64,000 nucleotides of DNA from contig CBDUPA010000001.1 of the NCBI GenBank assembly GCA_965368975.1, forward strand, positions 828,118 to 892,117. The letters run 5' to 3'. Both the position numbers and the translations under genes were made by a program. This DNA comes from an uncultured bacterium (lineage in GTDB: Bacteria; Acidobacteriota; Thermoanaerobaculia; Multivoradales; JAHZIX01). A model generated the notes under the pieces. That model made no database searches. It worked only from the letters and a program-made list of their open reading frames with translations, and had not been told where the DNA came from. The first letter of the stretch is position 1. Every line of letters starts with the position of its first letter. Below, piece after piece: positions 29,475 through 37,488 of the stretch.

Positions 29475-31090
29475 ACCAGGCTGTCGAGCTCGAGCTGTTC
29501 ACCAACCGATTCGCCGCGATCGCCCGCGAGATGGGGGAGATGCTGCAGCGCACGGCACTGTCGACCAACGTCAAAGAACGGCTCGACTTCTCTTGTGCCG
29601 TGCTCGATGCCCAGGGGGAACTGGTGGTCAATGCGCCGCACATCCCGGTACACCTGGGAGCTTTGGGGCTGTGTGTGCGCCGGGTCGCCGCGGCGCTGCC
29701 GCTCGGGCCCGGTGATGTCGCTGTGACCAACCACCCGGCCTTCGGTGGCTCGCATCTGCCGGACGTCACCGTGATCACGCCGGTGTACAGCGAACCTGAC
29801 CCCGGGGCCGACAGCGTCCGTGCCCCGCGCGTCCGCGACCTGCTCGGGTATGTTGCCAGTCGTGCGCACCACGCCGAGATCGGCGGCACGCGTCCGGGCT
29901 CGATGCCGCCGGACGCGAAGTCGTTGGCGGAGGAGGGAGTGGTGCTCGAGCCGCAGTACCTGGTGCGAGCTGGTGTTGCTCGCTGGGACGACCTGCGACA
30001 ACGGCTGTGTGACGGGCCCTATCCCAGCCGCTCGGTCGAAGAGAACTTGGCCGACCTGGCTGCTGCGGTGGCGGCCAACCACCGCGGTGCGGCGGGGCTC
30101 CGCGCGCTGGCGGGGCACCATGGTGCCGCGACGGTGGCGCGCTTCATGACCCGGCTCCAGGACCAAGCGTCGGCACAGCTGGAAGCGGCGTTGCGACGCC
30201 AGGGTGACGGCGTCTACCGAGCCGAGCAGCGTCTCGACGATAGTTCCCTGCTGTGCGTGCGATTCGAGATCAGCGACGGCCGCGCACACCTCGACTTCAC
30301 TGGCTCGGCGGATGTCCATCCAGGCAACCTCAACGCGACGCCGGCGATCGTGCGCAGCGCGGTGCTCTACGTGCTGCGCTTGCTGCTCGACGAACCGCTG
30401 CCGCTCAACGAGGGGCTGCTGCGTCCGGTGACGCTGACCCTGCCGACCGGCATGCTGTCTCCCGACTTTCCCGACGATCCACGGCAAGCGCCAGCGGTGG
30501 TCGGTGGCAATGTCGAGACCAGCCAGCGTCTGGTCGACACGTTACTGTTGGCGCTCGAACTGGCTGCTTGCAGTCAGGGGACGATGAACAACCTGCTGTT
30601 CGGCAATGAGCGCTTTGGGTACTACGAGACCGTGTGCGGCGGTTGTGGTGCTGGGCCGCGCAGGGGCACGGGCGACTCACCGAGGCAGGGATTCGACGGG
30701 GCCTCGGGGGTCCACAGTCACATGACCAATACCCGCATCACCGACCCGGAAGTGCTGGAGCACCGCTATCCGGTGCGCTTGGAGCGTTTCGCGCTACGTC
30801 GCGGCTCGGGGGGAGCGGGGTATTGCACTGGCGGTGACGGCGTGGTGCGCGAGCTGACCTTTCTGGAGCCGATGTCGATCTCGTTGCTCAGTCAGCACCG
30901 CGTCGAGCGCCCCTATGGCCTGGCCGGAGGTGAGTCTGGTCAGCCGGGACGCCAGCGCCTGGTGCGGGCCGGCGGAGCCACTGCAGAACTGGCCGGGATC
31001 GACGCACGCGAGGTCGAGCCGGGCGACCGCCTGGTGCTGGAGACCCCGGGCGGCGGTGGCTGGGGCGAACCAGCTACCGATCGTTCCTAG
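29471..31090 (+). CDS. Hydantoinase B/5-oxoprolinase (HyuB-type half)
   Basis: [60 protein letters not shown]. Confidence 0.92.
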   Translation: MNQAVELELFTNRFAAIAREMGEMLQRTALSTNVKERLDFSCAVLDAQGELVVNAPHIPVHLGALGLCVRRVAAALPLGPGDVAVTNHPAFGGSHLPDVTVITPVYSEPDPGADSVRAPRVRDLLGYVASRAHHAEIGGTRPGSMPPDAKSLAEEGVVLEPQYLVRAGVARWDDLRQRLCDGPYPSRSVEENLADLAAAVAANHRGAAGLRALAGHHGAATVARFMTRLQDQASAQLEAALRRQGDGVYRAEQRLDDSSLLCVRFEISDGRAHLDFTGSADVHPGNLNATPAIVRSAVLYVLRLLLDEPLPLNEGLLRPVTLTLPTGMLSPDFPDDPRQAPAVVGGNVETSQRLVDTLLLALELAACSQGTMNNLLFGNERFGYYETVCGGCGAGPRRGTGDSPRQGFDGASGVHSHMTNTRITDPEVLEHRYPVRLERFALRRGSGGAGYCTGGDGVVRELTFLEPMSISLLSQHRVERPYGLAGGESGQPGRQRLVRAGGATAELAGIDAREVEPGDRLVLETPGGGGWGEPATDRS

Positions 31091-32739
31091 CGCGTCTCTT
31101 CCAGGCGGAGGTTGACGTACGAGTCGGTCGATGAATATTGGTCACGCGCGCCGACCGCGACCTTGAGTTGTTCCGCGTGCTGCGGGACGCTCAGCTTGTA
31201 GGCCAGGAATTCAGGGGCGTTGCTGAGCTGTGCCTCGGGGATTCGGATCGGCAGCTTGATCTCGCGTAGCGGTTGGAATTCGCCGTCCGTCACCACTGCC
31301 ACGATCAGCTGCACCAGACCGTTGTGTACCTGGTCTTGTGGCACCAGGGTGATCTGCGACAGCGGCAGGCGGATCATCAGATCCTGTTCGGTGGCGCCCG
31401 GTTCGGGTGGCGCGGCGTTGGTCAACTCGATGCGCAGCCCGAGGCTGTTGTCCAGGTTGTCGAAGTCGAGCGCGGCGATCGTGGTCTGTGCCATGCGGTC
31501 CCGCGCTGAGCGAGCGACATAGCCTTGACGGTGGCGCACGCGGGTACCGCGGCGCTTCACGCGGACGTCGATCTCGTGGTATTTGCCGTCCGACTCACCT
31601 ATCGAGTAGCCGAGCGAATAGTAGTAGTCGAGGTCGCGCGCGACGCGGCCGAGTGCGCTACTGAAGTTGGTGGTGCGCGTGATGGCGACGCCTCCGGTCG
31701 ATTCGGCCAGGTACTCCATCGCCAGCTGGCCGTTGCCGAAAGTCTGGTTCTCCAGGAGATTCTGTGCTGCCAGTCCTGAGCCTTCGGCGGACAGCAGATC
31801 GCCGCGGTAAGCGCTCGCGGTGTCGACGGTGTAGAAGGTGACGCGGCTGGCATTGGCTACCTGCGCCATGCGCTGGTAGGCGCCCTCGAAGTTGTTGCCG
31901 GCGGGCAGCCCATCACTGATGTAGAGCACCGCTTTGCGGTGTGGCAGGCCGGCCAGCGAGTTGACGAAGTTCTCCATCGACGCGACGGCGCCGCGGATCT
32001 GATTCTGCGACTCCTGCGCGTTCTGCTCGGCACTGGCGTAAGCGTCACCAACCACCGCGGCGGCATTGGCACCTCCGGCCTTGCCGGCGTTCTCGATCTC
32101 CTGACGCGATAGATCGATCTCGCTCTGCTGCAGGCCGCGGGCGGTGGTTTCCTTGGCTGCCGCGTCCACTGCCGTCAACAGCAGGTTGCGGTCGCGGGTG
32201 AAGGGCTGGGCGACCCGCAGCGAGGTGTTGGCCACGACCAGCATGGCAGGGTCGGTGCTGGGCAACTGATCTTCCAGGAAATCACGGACGGCTGGCATGA
32301 CGCGCGCGCGGTTGCGCGGATGGATGTTGTAGTTGTCCAGGTAGAGCACGACCAGCAACTCTTGCTCCACGCGATCCAGGACCTCGGTGCCACCGCTGTC
32401 GACGGTTTGCAACTCGGTCGGTGCCTGCGTGTCCGGATAGCTGCGGCGCACGATCGAGAAGTTACTGATGTCGACCCGGTCGCCATCTTGGTAGACCTCG
32501 AAGTCGTCTTCGGTCAAGTCGGTGATCGGATTGCCGCTCCGATTGGTCACCATGACGTCGACGTTGACCACCTGCACGTCGACCACGTCGACGAACGGCT
32601 GTTGTTGCGCCTCCTGCGCGTGCGTCGAAGAGGCCGGGGCGAGGATTGCGAACAGGGCGGCGGCGCAAACCAGGATGCCTACCGCGTAGGGGGCTCTGGT
32701 CAGGCTGGGTTTGCACGAGGTCTGGGGCAGAGAGGTCAT
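31087..32739 (-). CDS. Secreted VWA-domain protein (Acidobacterial VWFA-related family)
   Basis: Signal peptide, VVNVDV.VT...G.PI.DL...DF, RKAVLYISDG, LA..TGG, YYSLGY, R.GY; AGGAG RBS. Confidence 0.85.
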   Translation of the reverse strand: MTSLPQTSCKPSLTRAPYAVGILVCAAALFAILAPASSTHAQEAQQQPFVDVVDVQVVNVDVMVTNRSGNPITDLTEDDFEVYQDGDRVDISNFSIVRRSYPDTQAPTELQTVDSGGTEVLDRVEQELLVVLYLDNYNIHPRNRARVMPAVRDFLEDQLPSTDPAMLVVANTSLRVAQPFTRDRNLLLTAVDAAAKETTARGLQQSEIDLSRQEIENAGKAGGANAAAVVGDAYASAEQNAQESQNQIRGAVASMENFVNSLAGLPHRKAVLYISDGLPAGNNFEGAYQRMAQVANASRVTFYTVDTASAYRGDLLSAEGSGLAAQNLLENQTFGNGQLAMEYLAESTGGVAITRTTNFSSALGRVARDLDYYYSLGYSIGESDGKYHEIDVRVKRRGTRVRHRQGYVARSARDRMAQTTIAALDFDNLDNSLGLRIELTNAAPPEPGATEQDLMIRLPLSQITLVPQDQVHNGLVQLIVAVVTDGEFQPLREIKLPIRIPEAQLSNAPEFLAYKLSVPQHAEQLKVAVGARDQYSSTDSYVNLRLEETR

Positions 32740-32764
32740 ATCATGTCTCCTGGCGAGTCCGGCT

Positions 32765-32805
32765 CAGTCTTTGGCGATCCAGTCTGTGGCAAGTCAGTCT
32801 GTGGC
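32765..32805. repeat. Three direct repeats CAGTCT(G/T)TGGC with a 15-bp period, upstream of the VWA gene
   Basis: Copies at 32765, 32780 and 32795. Confidence 0.8.
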
Positions 32806-32822
32806 GTGCCGCTCTTGGCGCG

Positions 32823-33026
32823 TCAGTGGCAGCCAACCCTGAGTTCAGTGAGTTCATCATCTTCAGCCAGCCATCTTCCGTACGACACGTACAGCGTAGC
32901 GAAGGAGGCCTCAGAAGCATACTTGTCGCGCGCGTCGACTGCCACAGTCGAGCGTCGGTCGATGTTCGGTACCCTCAACGGATACGCACGATACGGTGGC
33001 ATGGGGCTACGGGTTTCTTCCAGCAT
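32823..33026 (-). pseudogene. Fragment homologous to the C-terminus of the adjacent VWA protein
   Basis: AYPLRVP...TVAVDARDKYASEASF resembles VWA AYKLSVP...KVAVGARDQYSSTDSY. Confidence 0.6.
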
Positions 33027-33065
33027 GGGCAGAGGCAGAGTGGAGGCTGCGTCATGAGAGCTGCG

Positions 33066-33290
33066 TCACGGTGTGCCCAGATGTAAGCGGGCGAACGAGT
33101 CGCGGGAGTTGTAGGAATCACGTGCGCCGACGGCGACGGTCAGGGAATCTCGGTAGTCGGGCAGGTCGACCTCTGCAACGGGGGCGTTCGCGGAGGTGGA
33201 TTCCTGGGCCAAAGCACTGTTCAGCCGCGCCTCGGACAAGCCGAACGAGGTCAGGCTGGCGAGCAAAGCTGTCAAGAGAATCCGATGCAT
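33066..33290 (-). CDS. 74-aa mini-protein: signal peptide fused directly to a VWA-family C-terminal segment
   Basis: GAGG RBS; signal ending ALA-QE; LTVAVGARDSYNSRDSFARLHL versus VWA LKVAVGARDQYSSTDSYVNLRL. Confidence 0.6.
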   Translation of the reverse strand: MHRILLTALLASLTSFGLSEARLNSALAQESTSANAPVAEVDLPDYRDSLTVAVGARDSYNSRDSFARLHLGTP

Positions 33291-33470
33291 GGCGAATTCC
33301 TCTAGGTCCCGCCGGTGTAACCCTCCGGCGCTGGCGTCGAGATGAAAGACGATCTGCCCTGGACCAACAGAGGTATCGGAAGAGTTATTCCGCCCACCTC
33401 TGACCGATCAGCTGTAAGCTGCTGGCTCTGGGCGACTCGAAGCCCTGTTTTCGAAGTACCCTACGCGACG

Positions 33471-34733
33471 ATGCCCGAGGCCCCGAAGTTCTTGCGCCTT
33501 TTCCTGCCGCTGGTTCGTGTCTACCGCGATGCCTTCGATGGCTTGCCGCGCGATGCCTGGTGGTTGGCGCTGGTCGCCTTCATCAACCGCGCTGGCCTCA
33601 TGGTTCTGCCGTTCATCAGCTTGTATGTGGTGCGGCAACTGGGTCTGCCGGCGAGTTCCGCGGGCATCGTGCTGCTCGCTTTCGGTCTCGGCTCGGTGGT
33701 CGGCTCGGTGCTCGGCGGCCGTCTGTGCGCCAAGGTTGGGGCGCTGCGCATGCAGTTGGTGTCGCTGCTCGCCGGTGGCCTCGGGTTCATCGCCCTCGGT
33801 ACCCTCGACTCGATGGTGACCCTGGTGCCGGCCGTCTTTCTAGTCAGTTCGATCAGCGACGCCTACCGGCCAGCCGCCATGGTGGCGATGGTCGAATTGT
33901 CGCCTCTGCCCGTGCGTACGCGGGCCCTGTCCCTCATGCGCCTGGCGATGCACCTCGGGCTGACGGTTGGACCCGCGGTCGGAGGCCTGCTGGCGAGTGT
34001 CGACTACAAGCTTCTCTTCTGGGGTGACGGTCTCACCTGTATCGCGGCCGGGTTCGTCCTGTACCGCGTCTTGCCGCCCCGTCCGCTGCGCGGTGCAGGC
34101 GGAGAGGTTGCGCAGGCGCAGACGGAGATGGCCGCGGATGACGGAGCTGTCCACGCGGGACCTCTGCAGGACAAGCCCATGTTGGTGTTCTTGAGCATGG
34201 TCTTCGTCATGGCCTGCGTCATGTTCCAGTTCGCCGGCAGCCTGCCGCTGTACCTGACGACGGTCTATGCCTTCAGCGAGCGTGGAGTTGGCCTGCTGTT
34301 CGGTTTCAAGTCTCTGCTCACCGTTCTGTTCGAGATGCTGATTGTGCGGGCTTTCGAGCATCTGAAGCCGATGCGTATGTTCGGAATGGGTGCCTTCTTC
34401 CTTTGTGGTTGCTTCGCCCTGCTCGCTCTGCCGGAGCCACCATGGCTGGCGGTGGTCATGATGGCGTTGTGGTCGCTGGGTGAGATGCTCGCGATGCCGT
34501 TCTCCAACATCTTGGTCGTGTCGCGGGCCCCGGAGGGGCGCAGCGGGGCTGCGATGGGGCTGTATACCGGGGTCTTCTCCTGTGCCATGGTCGTCGCGCC
34601 TCCAGCCGGGTTGTGGCTGTTCGATCACTTCGGAGGTGAGGTGTTGTGGCTGACGGCGGGAGCGATGGGGCCGCTGTTGTGGGCCGCTGCGCGCTTGCTG
34701 GAGCCAAGGTGGGGCCGTCGAGGTTCTGAATGA
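33471..34733 (+). CDS. MFS transporter
   Basis: About 12 TM helices; INRAG.MV.PF, GG.L...VG motif A-like, GPAVGG.LA. Confidence 0.88.
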   Translation: MPEAPKFLRLFLPLVRVYRDAFDGLPRDAWWLALVAFINRAGLMVLPFISLYVVRQLGLPASSAGIVLLAFGLGSVVGSVLGGRLCAKVGALRMQLVSLLAGGLGFIALGTLDSMVTLVPAVFLVSSISDAYRPAAMVAMVELSPLPVRTRALSLMRLAMHLGLTVGPAVGGLLASVDYKLLFWGDGLTCIAAGFVLYRVLPPRPLRGAGGEVAQAQTEMAADDGAVHAGPLQDKPMLVFLSMVFVMACVMFQFAGSLPLYLTTVYAFSERGVGLLFGFKSLLTVLFEMLIVRAFEHLKPMRMFGMGAFFLCGCFALLALPEPPWLAVVMMALWSLGEMLAMPFSNILVVSRAPEGRSGAAMGLYTGVFSCAMVVAPPAGLWLFDHFGGEVLWLTAGAMGPLLWAAARLLEPRWGRRGSE

Positions 34734-34819
34734 GGTCCACGACCGCAGCCCGTGTGCTCAGTACGCTCAGCCTATAGAATCGGAGCGAGCTGACTACGGA
34801 GAGAGGGGAGACGCGGCAA

Positions 34820-37486
34820 GTGACCTGGCAGATCGGGCTGGTTCTCGGGATTCTGGTGACGGCAGTCGTGCTGTTCGTCACGGAGAAGCTGCGTGTGGAC
34901 GTGGTGGCCCTGCTGGTGTTGGTGAGTCTCGCCTTGACAGGTTTGGTCGAGCCGCGGGAAGCGCTGGCTGGTTTCAGCAACCCGGCTGTGATCACGATCT
35001 GGGCCGTGTTCATTCTCAGCGGTGGTTTGACGCGCACGGGGGTCGCCAATCTGATCGGCCACCGACTCTTGCACCTGGCGGGGGCCAGCGAGGTGCGGTT
35101 GATGGCGTTGATCATGGTGACGGCGGCCTTGATGTCGGCGTTCATGAACAATGTGGGGGTGACCGCCCTGCTGTTGCCGGTAGTGATGGACTTGGCCCGC
35201 AAGACGGGCACGGCACCGTCCAGATTGCTGCTGCCGCTGGCATACAGTTCCCTCTTGGGGGGGCTGTTGACGCTCATCGGCACGCCCCCCAACATCTTGG
35301 TCAGCAGTGCCCTGCAGGACCGCGGCCATCCACCGTTCGAACTCTTCGACTTCACGTCCGTGGGCGGCGCGATCCTGGTGGCCGGAGTGCTGTACATGGT
35401 CTTCGTGGGGCGGCATGTGTTGCCACAGCGGGATCTGGCCAGTGCCGAAGGGGGCCATGCGAATGGCGAGGAGTTGTCCCAGGTCTACAACCTGGACGAG
35501 CGGTTGTTCGCCTTGCGCGTTCCAGAGGGATCGACGCTGGCCGACAAGACGCTCGGACAGAGTCGCCTGGGCTCGGCTCTGCGCCTGAACGTGCTGGCCA
35601 TCCTGCGCGGCGCGGATAAACACCTGGCACCTCAACCGGACGTGCGGCTGGAGCCGGGGGATCGATTGCTGGTCGCGGGGCGGCCTAGCCAGACGGCAGA
35701 GTTGCTGGGCAGCGAGCAGATGGTGCTGGAGGCGTCGCAAGATCTCCACACGAAACGGCTGGTGTCGGAGCGGGTGCAACTGGCTCGCGTGAGGTTGATG
35801 CACGGTGCGGAGCTGGTCGGGCACTCACCGCGGGAGCTGCGCCTGCGTCGCCGTGGACTCAACCTCCTGGCCCTGCAGCGCCAGCAGCCGGTGAGCCGGC
35901 GCGAGATTCCGCGCACCAATCTGGCGCTCGACGATGTCTTGCTGGTGCAAGGCACTGCCGAGGCGCTGTACAAGCTGCGCGAAGACCCTTGCTGTGAAGT
36001 GACGCCGGCAGCCGGTGACGATCTAGCGCAGTTGGAGGGGCGCCTGCTGGCCCTGCGCTTGCCGGCCGGCTCGCGCCTGGCGCGCGGCACGTTGGCGCAG
36101 AGTCGTTTGGGCGATGCCTTCGAGTTCAACGTGCTCGGGGTGGTCCGGGACCAAGGCTTGGAGACCGAGCACACGGAGCTGATGCCGGGGCCGGAGTTCG
36201 CGCTGGCACCGGGGGACTTGCTGTTGGTCGAGGGCGACCGCGAGGCCGTCGAGGTGGTGCGTGGCCTGCAGAGCTTGCAGATCGAGCCTGACACACCAGC
36301 GCTGTTGCACCAGCTGGAGAGCGAGCAGGTCGGTATGGCCGAGGTGACGCTGTCGCCGCATACGCATCTGACCGGCAAGACGCTGCAGGAACTCAACTTC
36401 CGCGAGAAGTTCGGGCTCCAGGTGATCGCCGTCTGGCGCGGTGGGCGCCGCATTCGATCGAATCTACGCGATCAGAAGCTGCAGCTGGGCGATGGCTTGC
36501 TCGTCTACGGGTCGCGCGACAAGTTGCGCTTGTTGGCACGCGAGCCGGACTTTCTGGTCTTGACCGAGGACGCGCAAGAAGCGCCGAAGTTGCACAAGGC
36601 GCCGCTGGCTGTCGGGATCATGGCGGCGGTGGTCGGCACGGTGCTAGTCGGCTGGTTGCCGATCTATATCGCCGGCGTTGCCGGTGCCGCGGCGATGGTC
36701 GTCACCGGCTGCTTGACGATGGACGAGGCCTACCGCGAGATCGAGTGGCGGGCGGTGTTTCTGATCGCCGGTATGTTGCCGCTGGGCGTCGCGATGGAAA
36801 GCACCGGTGCAGCCGCTTTCCTGGCTCGCGCCGCCATCGGAGCCGTCGGCGACTTGGGGCCACTGGCGGTGATTGCCTGCCTGTTCTTGCTCACCGCGCT
36901 GTGTGCTCAAACGATGCCGACGGCCGCTGCGGCCGTGCTGCTGGCGCCGATCGCTTTCGACACCGCGGAGCAATTGGGAATGTCGCCGGAAGCTCTCTTG
37001 ATGACGGTGGCCATGTCGGCGTCGGCGAGTTTCATGAGTCCGGTGGCCCATCCAGCCAACGTGCTGGTGATGGGGCCGGGTGGCTACCGTTTCACCGACT
37101 ACATCAGGGTTGGCCTGCCGTTGACGCTGCTGATCCTGGCTGTGGTTCTGGTGGTGTTGCCGATCTTCTGGCCCCTGTATCCGGAAACGACCACGGCCGC
37201 CCCGGCTGCCGAGGTCGAGGAGGTGGCTGAGGAGCCGGCCCTGGAAGAGCCGGGCCTGGATGCACCGATGCTGGTGGAACCCATTCCCGAAGACGAGGTA
37301 CCTGAGGTGCAGTCCCCTGAGCAGCCGGCGATCGAGGAGTCCGCCATTGAGGAGCCGGCCCTCGAGGAGCCAGCTGCAGAGACGCTGTTGGAAGTCGAAC
37401 CCGTGGTGCCCGAAGAGCTGGTGACGCCGCCGCCCGTGGCTCCCGTTTCCGTGGGGACGCCCCTTTCCGAGGAAGAGCCCGGATAG
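34820..37486 (+). CDS. SLC13/CitMHS-type permease with multiple TrkA-C (RCK_C) domains, paralog 1
   Basis: R.DVVAL, GFSNPAV, SAFMNN, TLIGTPPN, RCK_C repeats, SFMSPV.H.AN..VMGPGGYRF.DY; acidic Pro/Glu tail. Confidence 0.9.
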   Translation: MTWQIGLVLGILVTAVVLFVTEKLRVDVVALLVLVSLALTGLVEPREALAGFSNPAVITIWAVFILSGGLTRTGVANLIGHRLLHLAGASEVRLMALIMVTAALMSAFMNNVGVTALLLPVVMDLARKTGTAPSRLLLPLAYSSLLGGLLTLIGTPPNILVSSALQDRGHPPFELFDFTSVGGAILVAGVLYMVFVGRHVLPQRDLASAEGGHANGEELSQVYNLDERLFALRVPEGSTLADKTLGQSRLGSALRLNVLAILRGADKHLAPQPDVRLEPGDRLLVAGRPSQTAELLGSEQMVLEASQDLHTKRLVSERVQLARVRLMHGAELVGHSPRELRLRRRGLNLLALQRQQPVSRREIPRTNLALDDVLLVQGTAEALYKLREDPCCEVTPAAGDDLAQLEGRLLALRLPAGSRLARGTLAQSRLGDAFEFNVLGVVRDQGLETEHTELMPGPEFALAPGDLLLVEGDREAVEVVRGLQSLQIEPDTPALLHQLESEQVGMAEVTLSPHTHLTGKTLQELNFREKFGLQVIAVWRGGRRIRSNLRDQKLQLGDGLLVYGSRDKLRLLAREPDFLVLTEDAQEAPKLHKAPLAVGIMAAVVGTVLVGWLPIYIAGVAGAAAMVVTGCLTMDEAYREIEWRAVFLIAGMLPLGVAMESTGAAAFLARAAIGAVGDLGPLAVIACLFLLTALCAQTMPTAAAAVLLAPIAFDTAEQLGMSPEALLMTVAMSASASFMSPVAHPANVLVMGPGGYRFTDYIRVGLPLTLLILAVVLVVLPIFWPLYPETTTAAPAAEVEEVAEEPALEEPGLDAPMLVEPIPEDEVPEVQSPEQPAIEESAIEEPALEEPAAETLLEVEPVVPEELVTPPPVAPVSVGTPLSEEEPG

Positions 37487-37488
37487 TT

